A DNA stretch of 64,000 nucleotides, taken from NCBI GenBank assembly GCA_034722035.1, contig JAYENK010000029.1, positions 5,739-69,738 on the forward strand. The letters are read 5' to 3'. A program made the position numbers and the translations under genes. The notes beneath the pieces were generated by a model. That model was not told the origin of the DNA. It searched no databases and saw nothing but the letters and a program-made list of their open reading frames with translations. This document shows positions 47,983-56,704 of the stretch, piece by piece (positions within the stretch are counted from its first letter, which is position 1; each line of letters opens with the position of its first letter). Source of the DNA: Patescibacteria group bacterium (GTDB lineage Bacteria; Patescibacteriota; Patescibacteriia; Patescibacteriales; UBA12075).

Positions 47983-49164
47983 TTATCCCACAAACCGACA
48001 TTTGTCACTACTTCGCCCAACTTCAATGACGATTGATTTGATCATTTTTTTGGTAATATCGCGTCCGCCCAGGCCGACAATGAAACCTTGAATTTTGGTT
48101 TTGGTTTTGTTTTTGGCAGCTGCTTTAACATCCAAGGTAAGGGGGCCATCGCTTGCTCCCAAAGAAATCGCTTTCTCTACAACCGCTACTTGTTTAACGC
48201 CGGTGATTGATTTGAGCAGTTCATTGGCGGGGAACGGACGATAACATTTTATTTTGACAACACCAACGCCACCATAAACTTTATTTTTATTCATTTCGTC
48301 TACCGCGTCTTTAATTGTTCCAATCAAAGAGCCCATTGCAATCAAAACTGTCTTGGGTCGGATAGCGCCGTAGTATTCCAAAAGACCATTATTGATATGG
48401 GCGTTTTTTTCAGTTTTTTTAATTACACCCGGTACTTTCTTTTTTAGATTTTCATATTCATCAAAAATACTTTTGGCCGAATTTAACATTGCATTATGCA
48501 GTTCTTCGCGTATTTCCAGATAATAAGCCGGTGGAGCAAAAGTACCTAAACTATGTGGATTTTTTGTATCCAGATATCCGCCGGATGTCGGTTTATAATT
48601 AGGGAGAAATTTTTTAACGTCCGCTCGATTAGGGATTGATACATTTTCATAAGTATGAGTTAAAACAAAGCCATCAATGCAAACCATGGCTGGTAATTTG
48701 TCTTTTTCCGCTACTTTGTAGGCTAGTAAATGCTGCTCCAGTGCTTCTTGGTGGTTCTCGGCATAAAATTGAATCCAGCCGGCGTCGCGCACTGTCATTG
48801 AGTCTTGATGGTCATTCCAGATTGTGATTGGGGCAGATATACCACGATTAGCCAGTGTTATTACAACCGGTAAGCGCATACCGGCAATATTAAAAATAAC
48901 TTCAGTCATCAGAAGCAATCCCTGTGAGCTGGTGGCAGTATAGGTACGGACGCCAGTCGCGCTTGCACCGGTGACAATTGAAGCGGCTGCAAATTCACTC
49001 TCGGCGCGAACATATTCATAAGTAGCTTTGCCATCAGCCTTGAGTTTAGCTAAATCTTCAACAATATGCGTTTGTGGCGTAATCGGATAAGCGGAAACAA
49101 CCGCCGGTTTAATATTATTGATAGTTTGAGCAATCGCTTGAGAGCCTTCTAATATTTGTTTCAT
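47983..49164 (-). CDS. porA: Pyruvate:ferredoxin oxidoreductase alpha subunit
   Basis: AYPITPQT, ESEFAAAS, TATSSQGL, GLGGRD. Confidence 0.95.
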   Translation of the reverse strand: MKQILEGSQAIAQTINNIKPAVVSAYPITPQTHIVEDLAKLKADGKATYEYVRAESEFAAASIVTGASATGVRTYTATSSQGLLLMTEVIFNIAGMRLPVVITLANRGISAPITIWNDHQDSMTVRDAGWIQFYAENHQEALEQHLLAYKVAEKDKLPAMVCIDGFVLTHTYENVSIPNRADVKKFLPNYKPTSGGYLDTKNPHSLGTFAPPAYYLEIREELHNAMLNSAKSIFDEYENLKKKVPGVIKKTEKNAHINNGLLEYYGAIRPKTVLIAMGSLIGTIKDAVDEMNKNKVYGGVGVVKIKCYRPFPANELLKSITGVKQVAVVEKAISLGASDGPLTLDVKAAAKNKTKTKIQGFIVGLGGRDITKKMIKSIVIEVGRSSDKCRFVG

Positions 49165-49171
49165 AGATTTT

Positions 49172-49429
49172 TTATTTAGTTTCTAATTTCATCTTAATAC
49201 ACTTAACCGGGCATTTGGCGGCGCAGAGGCCACAACCTTTACAATAATCATAATCGGTTTTGGGTTGGTTTTTTTTGCCTTTTTTTATCATGGCAATGCA
49301 AGTCTCGGGGCAAACTTTGGCGCAAGCGCCGCAACCGATACATTTGTCATAATCGGTGCGGGGGATAAAGGTGCGCCAGCCCCCGGTTTTATTATTAGTT
49401 GTTGAACCTGGTTTTACTGCTAAATCCAT
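49172..49429 (-). CDS. porD: Pyruvate:ferredoxin oxidoreductase delta subunit (2x4Fe-4S)
   Basis: KTGGWR, CIGCGACAKVCP, CKGCGLCAAKCP; start moved to 49429. Confidence 0.93.
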   Translation of the reverse strand: MDLAVKPGSTTNNKTGGWRTFIPRTDYDKCIGCGACAKVCPETCIAMIKKGKKNQPKTDYDYCKGCGLCAAKCPVKCIKMKLETK

Positions 49430-49520
49430 AGTATTATAATGCAAATTTACGAATGATATGCGAATCTACAAATTCGAATTATGCGAAAAATCATTGCGTA
49501 GAAATGTGATTTTTAATTTT

Positions 49521-50066
49521 TTAATTCATGTTGTATGCTCTAGTTATTGCGTTTATGTTTTTTTCGACTAAGCTCTGACTTTTGGTGCCAAATTTTTGTT
49601 TGATTGCTTTTTCAAGAGATTTTAGAGTGATTAAGCCGGTGGCTTTGGCGAAAGCACCGAGGATTACGGTGTTGACAATGTTTCGGCCAATTTCTTCCAT
49701 CGCAATTTCGGTTGCATTTAAGACAAACAAATTTTCTTTTGGAATAGGTAGATCAATTTCTTCCTTTTTTTTGGTTGAATTGAGGATTAATAAAGTCTCT
49801 TTGTCGGATCCTTTGGTGGCGTCAACTGTGCCGATCAAGGAAGAGTCTTGAATAATTAAAATATCCGGCTCGTAGATGTGTTCACGCGTGCGGATAGGTG
49901 AGTCGTCGATCCTGGCAAAAGCTTCAATCGGCGCGCCGGTACGCTCCACGCCAAAAGAAGGAAAGGCTTGTGAATAATGCCCCTCATTGAAAGCGGCAAT
50001 TGCAGTAAGTTCGGCGGCAGTGACAACGCCCTGTCCGCCCCGACCGTGAAATCTAATTTGATGCAT
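49521..50066 (-). CDS. porC: Pyruvate:ferredoxin oxidoreductase gamma subunit
   Basis: IRFHGRGGQG, FPSFGVERTGAP, NTVILGA. Confidence 0.94.
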   Translation of the reverse strand: MHQIRFHGRGGQGVVTAAELTAIAAFNEGHYSQAFPSFGVERTGAPIEAFARIDDSPIRTREHIYEPDILIIQDSSLIGTVDATKGSDKETLLILNSTKKKEEIDLPIPKENLFVLNATEIAMEEIGRNIVNTVILGAFAKATGLITLKSLEKAIKQKFGTKSQSLVEKNINAITRAYNMN

Positions 50067-50750
50067 TTATTTGTTGTTATTTTTATTATTTTGAATTAGT
50101 AATCCATTAATTATTTCGGAAAATATGTTAGGTGGAATATTCCCGGCGATTTTGATGTCATTGATATACCAAGTGGGAGTGCCAGTTATACCCAGGTTTT
50201 GCCCGGCTTTAAGATCAGCCGTAACTGAACCTAGATATTTTTTTCCTTCCAAGCAGTTATTAAATTTTTTTCCATCAAGACCAATTTGGCGCGCCAATTC
50301 ATTTAATTCATTGGCAGTGCTAATGCCTTGGTTGAGAAAAAGGGAATCATGCATCGCCCAAAATTTGTCTTGCTCGCCAGCGCATTCGGCCGAAAGCGCC
50401 AAAAGAGTAGAGTACTCGGTTATTATAGGATAATGGCGATAAATTATTCTTATTTTATCTTGATATTTTAGGCTAATCTCTCTTATTGTTGAAAAAGCGT
50501 TTTTACAATAAGGGCAGGTAAAATCACTAAATTCAACAATAGTAATAAGCGGGGAAGAGCTTCCAATCGAATGGCTAAGCGGGTTATTATTGATTAGTTT
50601 CAATTTTTCCGTACTAACAGTATATTTAGAAGAGCTCGTGCTATCAATTGGGTTTTTGTATATTTTGAAACTTTTTACTCCAATAATTACTATAACAATA
50701 ATAAATAATAATAGAGTCAATAAAAATATAATGAAAAAAAATTTTTTCAT
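50067..50750 (-). CDS. DsbA-family thiol-disulfide oxidoreductase, membrane anchored
   Basis: N-terminal TM, EFSDFTCPYC, GITGTPT. Confidence 0.9.
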   Translation of the reverse strand: MKKFFFIIFLLTLLLFIIVIVIIGVKSFKIYKNPIDSTSSSKYTVSTEKLKLINNNPLSHSIGSSSPLITIVEFSDFTCPYCKNAFSTIREISLKYQDKIRIIYRHYPIITEYSTLLALSAECAGEQDKFWAMHDSLFLNQGISTANELNELARQIGLDGKKFNNCLEGKKYLGSVTADLKAGQNLGITGTPTWYINDIKIAGNIPPNIFSEIINGLLIQNNKNNNK

Positions 50751-50822
50751 CTTTGATTTGTTTTATATTAAATAATCTTTTATAATATTAATTATAACAT
50801 ATTTTAAGTATTATATCCAAAA

Positions 50823-50951
50823 ATGATAAACAATAATAAAAAAGAAGAAGAAATAAGAAAAAAGTACGAAAAACGGGACAAGAAGAAGGCAAAAAAGATG
50901 AAGGTTAGTGGAAAAAGTGTATTTAAAGTGCAAAAAATTAGAAATAAATGA
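50823..50951 (+). CDS. 42-aa highly basic small protein
   Basis: MINNNKKEEEIRKKYEKRDKKKAKKMKVSGKSVFKVQKIRNK*; below the ORF-track cutoff. Confidence 0.5.
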   Translation: MINNNKKEEEIRKKYEKRDKKKAKKMKVSGKSVFKVQKIRNK

Positions 50952-50987
50952 TAATGCGAATTTATGCAAATATAGCGAATTCGAATT

Positions 50988-51122
50988 ATGCGAATATTTT
51001 ATGAAAAAAAATATTTTAATTATATTTTTATTTTTTTAGTAGCTTCGCCTGTTTTTGCTGAAGAGAGAATTAAAGATTACACGATTGATATTAATTTTAA
51101 TTATAATAGGTATATTTTTTAA
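50988..51122 (+). pseudogene. Truncated remnant of a secreted protein gene (DUF2207-like N-terminus)
   Basis: FLVASPVFA|EERIKDYTIDIN then an early stop; the ATG at 51001 is out of frame across a T7 run. Confidence 0.35.
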
Positions 51123-51192
51123 AACAAAAAAATGCGTATTGATTATTTTTGCGTTTCTGCTAAGATAAGGAAAGATATAAAAAATAAAAACA

Positions 51193-53598
51193 ATGGAAAA
51201 ATATAATTATAATAAAACAGAAAAAAAGTGGAGTCAAAAATGGGTAGAAGACAAGACTTTTACACCTGACTTAAAAAACGCGAAAGATCCTTACTACGCG
51301 CTTTTTATGTTTCCTTATCCGAGCGCTGAAGGGCTGCATATTGGGAATTTTTATGCTTTTGTTTGTACAGACGTAATGGCAAAATACAAAAAACTACAAG
51401 GTAAGGACGTGTTTGAGCCTTTTGGCTTTGATGCTTTTGGCATGCACTTGGAAAATTATGCCCTAAAAATAGGGGAGAGGCCACAAGCAGTAGAGGCGCG
51501 TACTACCAAAAATTTTCGTAAGCAAGCACAGTCGGCCGGACTTTCTTGTGATTATACTCGTGAAGTTGACACAACCAAGCCGGAGTATTACAAATGGACC
51601 CAGTGGCTTTTTACTAAACTTTTTGAAAAAGATTTGGCTTATCAGAAAGAAGCTTTGCTCAATTGGTGTCCATCTTGCCAGACGGTTTTGGCGGACGAAC
51701 AGATAGAAGACGGGATTTGTGAAAGGTGCAATGCTCAGCCGGAGAAAAAAACAATGAAACAATGGTTTTTTCGTATTACGGCTTACGCGGATAAAATGCT
51801 TGAAGGACTTGAGGACATGGATTGGTCGGAAATTACAAAAGCAGCGCAGAAGAATTGGATTGGTAAAAGTGAAGGAGCGGAAGTTGAATTTAGAATCAAG
51901 AATTTAGAATCAAGAATTAAAGTGTTCACTACTCGTCCGGATACTTTGTTTGGCGTGACTTATATGGTGTTGGCGACGGAGCATTCTTTAATTAAAAATT
52001 TAAAATTAAGAATTAAAAATTATCAAGAAGTTCAAGCATATATTAAAAAAACTGAAGCTAAGTCAGAGTTAGAACGAACAGAAAACAAAGAGAAGACCGG
52101 AGTAAAATTAGAGGGGGTGTATGCGGTTAATCCGGTAAACAATGAAAAAATATCGATTTGGATTGCGGATTATGTAATGATGGGTTATGGGACGGGCGCG
52201 ATTATGGCAGTGCCGGCGCATGATGAGCGTGATTATGAGTTTGCGAAAAAGTTTGATTTGCCCATTGTCGAAGTGTTGAGTGGGGGAAATATTGAAAAAG
52301 AGGCATATATTGGGGACGGCAATCATATTAACTCCGGTTTTTTGAATGGTTTAAATAAAGAGAACGCAATTAAAAAAATTACTGATTGGCTTGAAGAAAA
52401 AAAATTTGGTAAAAAAGAAGTAAATTATCGTTTGCGTGATTGGTGTATTTCTCGGCAACGCTATTGGGGACCGCCGGTACCGGTTGTGTATTGTGAGAAA
52501 TGTGGAATTTTATCAGTGCCAGAAAAGGATTTGCCGGTAATGTTGCCCGAAACTCAAGAATGGGAGCCATCCGGCGATGGACGAGGACCGCTTGCCAAGG
52601 TGGACGAATTTATGAATACAAAATGTCCTAAATGCGGTGAGCCAGCTGTACGCGAAGCTGACGTAATGGACAATTTTCTTGATTCGGCTTGGTATTTTTT
52701 TCGTTATATTTCGCCAAGTAATTCTGAGGCGATATTTGATGCTAAGCTAGGTAAGAAGTGGCTGCCGGTTGATTTGTATGTTGGCGGCAATGAACATGCA
52801 GTTCTTCATTTGATGTATACCCGTTTTATTACAATGTTTTTGCACGATTTGGATTTGATTGATTTTAATAATCCTTTTAAAAAGTTTCGGGCGAATGGTA
52901 TGATTTTAAAAGACGGCAAGAAAATGAGCAAGTCTAAGGGAAACGTGATTAGTCCGGAGGAGTATGGTAAAAAAGTCGGTTATGACGCGCTTAAAACTTA
53001 TTTACTCTTTCTTGGCCCTTTGAGTGAAGACAGGTCTTTTACCGATACCGGCGTTCAAGGCACAAAAAGATGGGTGGAGAAAGTTTATAAATTAAAGGAA
53101 AAAGTATTGGATAAATATGATGACAGCGAAGAAGCGGCCAGAAAGTTGCACCAGACAATTAAAGTGGTTGGGGAAAATTTTGAAGAGCAAAAATATAACA
53201 CAGCCGTGGCCAGGTTAATGGAGCTTACCAATGTATTTGTTCAAGCTAAAAATATATCAAAAGAAAACTGGAAAAAATATTTAGCGATTATAGCTCCCTT
53301 TACTCCGGCTTTGGCCGAGGAGCTTTGGCGCGAATTTGGAAATAAGACTTCAATTTTTAGCGGTAGGAATTGGCCGGATTATGATAAAAAATCAATCAAA
53401 GAAGAAACAGTTGGAATAGTCGTGCAAATTAATGGCAAAGTGCGGGATAAGCTGAAATTAAATGCAGATATTAGCGAGGCGGACGCAATAAAAAAAGCCA
53501 AAGAATCAGAAAAAGTGAAAAAATGGCTTTTTGATAAAGAGATTATAAAAGAAATTTATGTAAAAGGGAAGTTGGTTAGTTTGGCGGTTAAAGATTAG
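51193..53598 (+). CDS. leuS: Leucyl-tRNA synthetase
   Basis: MFPYPSAEGLHIGN, FTTRPDT, GTGAIMAVPAHD, RDWCISRQRYWG, KMSKS, QINGK. Confidence 0.98.
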   Translation: MEKYNYNKTEKKWSQKWVEDKTFTPDLKNAKDPYYALFMFPYPSAEGLHIGNFYAFVCTDVMAKYKKLQGKDVFEPFGFDAFGMHLENYALKIGERPQAVEARTTKNFRKQAQSAGLSCDYTREVDTTKPEYYKWTQWLFTKLFEKDLAYQKEALLNWCPSCQTVLADEQIEDGICERCNAQPEKKTMKQWFFRITAYADKMLEGLEDMDWSEITKAAQKNWIGKSEGAEVEFRIKNLESRIKVFTTRPDTLFGVTYMVLATEHSLIKNLKLRIKNYQEVQAYIKKTEAKSELERTENKEKTGVKLEGVYAVNPVNNEKISIWIADYVMMGYGTGAIMAVPAHDERDYEFAKKFDLPIVEVLSGGNIEKEAYIGDGNHINSGFLNGLNKENAIKKITDWLEEKKFGKKEVNYRLRDWCISRQRYWGPPVPVVYCEKCGILSVPEKDLPVMLPETQEWEPSGDGRGPLAKVDEFMNTKCPKCGEPAVREADVMDNFLDSAWYFFRYISPSNSEAIFDAKLGKKWLPVDLYVGGNEHAVLHLMYTRFITMFLHDLDLIDFNNPFKKFRANGMILKDGKKMSKSKGNVISPEEYGKKVGYDALKTYLLFLGPLSEDRSFTDTGVQGTKRWVEKVYKLKEKVLDKYDDSEEAARKLHQTIKVVGENFEEQKYNTAVARLMELTNVFVQAKNISKENWKKYLAIIAPFTPALAEELWREFGNKTSIFSGRNWPDYDKKSIKEETVGIVVQINGKVRDKLKLNADISEADAIKKAKESEKVKKWLFDKEIIKEIYVKGKLVSLAVKD

Positions 53599-54565
53599 TT
53601 AAATACCATTCTCCGTTTAATTCTTTTTCAATATAAAATTCAACCGGCACCGAGTAGCCACCCATTGAAAAATAGACATTATTTTTATAAGTAAGTTTGT
53701 CGTCAATTTCTGTTGCTAGAGTGGATCCGGAAAGGATATTACCGAGAACAAGCCTGCTATCGTCATTGAAAGACTCAAAAATATTTCTAATAGCTATTTC
53801 CATGTCTGGTCTGAAATATTTTATTGCTTCGTCCGGGTCATTATTTCTGATGGTGCTGGCTGCATTTTTTATAACATTATATTTTCCCGTAGAAAGAACG
53901 GGAGTATCCGATACGTCCGGTTTGGGGAAAATGTTAGGTTCATTTGGGATAATATGAGTTGAAATCTTATTAATATTAATATTATTTATGCCCAGGCCAA
54001 ATTTACGCATAATTTTGAAAGCAACCGAGGGGCGGGACAAGTAGTATCGTTTTAAATTATCCGGACTCACATACCAGGCCTCACCATTTTGCTCAATTTG
54101 CAGGAATATTTTTCCTGTATTTTTTTTGACAAAGTTTTCATCAATTAATATTTTGTCCGCACCAATTGGATTATAATTATTAATTATTTCATCATAATCA
54201 CTGTGTCCATCATTATCACTGTCCGGATTATCTTTGTCTGTAAGCAGTGTCTCTTCCAGCCGGTTTCCAAGTCCGTCATTGTCATTATCTTTATCGATGT
54301 CTGCTATAACGCCAATAGGGATTTTACTTAGATTATCATTGGTGATGCCGATGCCAAGTTTACGCATAGTACTAAAAGCGTCACTAGGCTTGTTTAGATA
54401 ATATTTTTTATAATTTTCCGGGTTAACGTACCAAGCTTCACCGTTATTTTCGATTTGAAGCAAAATTTTTCCCGCTAGTTTTTGTCCTAGATTGATATCT
54501 GCTTTGACTGGCAAGATAATTAAAAATAGAGCTAAAGCTAAGAATAATCCTTTTTTTATATGCAT
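53588..54565 (-). CDS. Secreted hypothetical protein with a duplicated GKIxLQIExxGEAWYVxP domain and DxDxDG loops
   Basis: Signal peptide; two homologous ~50-aa units flanking DNDNDGL and DSDNDGH. Confidence 0.8.
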   Translation of the reverse strand: MHIKKGLFLALALFLIILPVKADINLGQKLAGKILLQIENNGEAWYVNPENYKKYYLNKPSDAFSTMRKLGIGITNDNLSKIPIGVIADIDKDNDNDGLGNRLEETLLTDKDNPDSDNDGHSDYDEIINNYNPIGADKILIDENFVKKNTGKIFLQIEQNGEAWYVSPDNLKRYYLSRPSVAFKIMRKFGLGINNININKISTHIIPNEPNIFPKPDVSDTPVLSTGKYNVIKNAASTIRNNDPDEAIKYFRPDMEIAIRNIFESFNDDSRLVLGNILSGSTLATEIDDKLTYKNNVYFSMGGYSVPVEFYIEKELNGEWYLTNL

Positions 54566-54605
54566 AAATTTGTTATAATGAATATACTTATATTATAGCA
54601 AAAAT

Positions 54606-55142
54606 ATGGTAATTAAGAAAAAATATAAATTATCGACAATAATTATTTTGTTGTTATTATTTTTCTTTTGGGGCGGGAGCGCAATTAATAAAAAATTGGA
54701 ATGGAAAATAGTTGAGGATTTAATTGCCGGCAGCGCATTCCCGGTTGAGATGGGAAATATTAATTCTACGGTGGCTCAATGTGTTCCGTCATGCTATGAT
54801 CCAATAGCTTCTTGTTGTGCTCCTCCATGTTCAGAAGTGGTGCCTTCTAGAGGCGATTATGAAGCAACTTGCCCCCTGTATTCGTTTGTAAGCGGACAGT
54901 CAACCGGCGGGACAGGAGGAAATACGGCGATATTTTCCAATATTGCGATGGGACAAGCCGGCCTAACATCGGGTGGACAGTTTATTTACGGTGGAACTAC
55001 TAATAATATGTCTTTGGGCGAGCAAAACGCAGTCTTAGCTTCAGTGGATGGTTGCTATAATTGTTACGCAAAAAATAAAAGTAATTGGAAGCAAAAATTT
55101 GCCGTGGTTGCCGACATGTTTATGGCGATGTTCAAGGATTAA
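54606..55142 (+). CDS. Cys-rich exported hypothetical protein
   Basis: N-terminal hydrophobic helix; CVPSC, CCAPPC, TCP, GCYNC. Confidence 0.7.
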   Translation: MVIKKKYKLSTIIILLLLFFFWGGSAINKKLEWKIVEDLIAGSAFPVEMGNINSTVAQCVPSCYDPIASCCAPPCSEVVPSRGDYEATCPLYSFVSGQSTGGTGGNTAIFSNIAMGQAGLTSGGQFIYGGTTNNMSLGEQNAVLASVDGCYNCYAKNKSNWKQKFAVVADMFMAMFKD

Positions 55143-55190
55143 AGCTTGATTGATTTTTTAGTTTATTTTGCTATAATTAAATAAAATAAT

Positions 55191-55463
55191 ATGATAAAAA
55201 ATACAAGAAAAATTAAAAAACAAGAATTTTCTGTTTTGATTGAAAAAGATGAAAGCGGTTTTTATTTTGCTAAAGTGCCAACAATTAAAGGCTGTCATAC
55301 TCAAGCTAAATCATTGTCAGAATTGTATAAACGCTTAGATGAAGCAGTATTACTTTGTTTGGAAGTGCAAGAAAAAGATAAAGAATATTTAATTAGCAAG
55401 AATGAGTTTGTTGGTTTTCAAAAAATAGAAGTGAAAATACCTCCAAAATTAAAATATGCCTAA
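55191..55463 (+). CDS. hicB: HicB-family antitoxin (short form)
   Basis: IEKDESGFYFAKVPTIKGCHTQAKSLSEL...EAV. Confidence 0.88.
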   Translation: MIKNTRKIKKQEFSVLIEKDESGFYFAKVPTIKGCHTQAKSLSELYKRLDEAVLLCLEVQEKDKEYLISKNEFVGFQKIEVKIPPKLKYA

Positions 55464-55692
55464 ACTAACACTGATAAGCGGGGAAAAAATGCTTAAATTA
55501 CTTGCTTTGTGCGATTTTGAGATTGTTAGAATTAAAGGAAGTCATCATTTTTTAAAAAATAAAACCAAAAGAAGTATGACGGTAGTGCCAGTTCATGGAA
55601 ATGAAGAATTAGGTGTTGGTTTGTTAATTAGCATATTGTCAGATGTGGATTTGTCCAGAAAAGAATATGAAAAATTACGGCGAAAAATTTAA
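55456..55692 (+). CDS. hicA: HicA-family toxin
   Basis: RIKGSHHF, VVPVHG, GLLISIL; overlaps the hicB stop. Confidence 0.9.
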   Translation: MPKLTLISGEKMLKLLALCDFEIVRIKGSHHFLKNKTKRSMTVVPVHGNEELGVGLLISILSDVDLSRKEYEKLRRKI

Positions 55693-55693
55693 T

Positions 55694-55724
55694 AAAAAAT
55701 CATCCTCATGTAGGATGATTTTTT
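55694..55724 (+). terminator. Terminator after hicA
   Basis: A6-TCATCCT-CATGT-AGGATGA-T6. Confidence 0.7.
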
Positions 55725-55801
55725 ACGTGGACCCAAAAAGAGGCCACCGACTGGTACGGAGTTCCATGATTAACTAAATATATAATAACTGCCTATATTA
55801 A

Positions 55802-56626
55802 ATGTCAAGTTTGATCCAAAAAACAATTAATATTTCCAAAAAATATAATATCAGCCCAAAACGTAGCAAGGGGCAGAATTTTTTGATTAATGAAAGTGTT
55901 TATAATCAAATAGTTGAAGTGGCTGATTTGCAATACGAAGATATTGTTCTAGAAGTTGGGCCAGGGCTCGGATTTTTAACAGAAAAATTAGCAGAAAAAG
56001 TTAACAGAGTAGTTGCGGTAGAGCTGGATGATGGATTGACTGAGGTATTGCGGGCGAGATTAAAGGAGAAAGAGATTGGTAATGTTGAGGTAATTAATGA
56101 AGATGTACTTAAAATTTTCAATTTTCAATTTTCAATTTTCAATTTTAAAATTATCGCGAATTTGCCGTATAATATTACTTCGATTTTTCTTAGAAAAGTT
56201 TTGGAGTTGGAAAATAAGCCTAAAAGCTTAACTTTGATGTTGCAAAAAGAAGTTGCGAAGCGGATTACGGCAGAGCCGGGAAAGATGAGTAAATTGACGG
56301 TTTCGGTTCAGTTTTACGCGGACGCAGAGATTCTTTTTAATGTACCTAAGACAGATTTTTGGCCTGAGCCCAAGGTGGACAGTGCAGTAATTGAGTTAAA
56401 AATAAAAAGTAAAAAGTATAAAGTAGATGATAAGAGGTTTTTTCAACTGGTGCGGATTGGCTTTAGCGCAAGGCGGAAGAAACTTAAGAATAATTTGGCG
56501 AGCGGTTATCAGATAAAGGCGGAAGAAGCGGGAGAAAGACTAAAATTAGCTAATTTAAATCCAGATTGTCGCGCTCAAGATTTAGGCGTACAAGATTGGA
56601 TAAAATTACTTGGTTATTTTAGTTGA
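55802..56626 (+). CDS. rsmA: 16S rRNA m6,2A dimethyltransferase
   Basis: GQNFL, LEVGPGLG, VELD, ANLPYNI, MLQKEVA, PKVDS, RRKKL. Confidence 0.96.
   Translation: MSSLIQKTINISKKYNISPKRSKGQNFLINESVYNQIVEVADLQYEDIVLEVGPGLGFLTEKLAEKVNRVVAVELDDGLTEVLRARLKEKEIGNVEVINEDVLKIFNFQFSIFNFKIIANLPYNITSIFLRKVLELENKPKSLTLMLQKEVAKRITAEPGKMSKLTVSVQFYADAEILFNVPKTDFWPEPKVDSAVIELKIKSKKYKVDDKRFFQLVRIGFSARRKKLKNNLASGYQIKAEEAGERLKLANLNPDCRAQDLGVQDWIKLLGYFS
56113..56147. repeat. Heptamer tandem repeat (AATTTTC)4 inside rsmA
   Basis: Four perfect copies plus aatttta, encoding IFNFQFSIFNF. Confidence 0.9.
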
Positions 56627-56704
56627 TTTATGTTATAATTAACATAAGCTGTTGATTACTTTACCAGATAAATAATTTTTAATTCTTAATTAAATCTCTC
56701 CCCC

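Noticed and set aside
55725-55770. GC-richer patch after the hicA terminator as a tRNA/tmRNA attachment-site remnant
   Set aside because: Only a GTGGACC word resembles such ends. There is no TCGAA motif, no integrase and no partner repeat.
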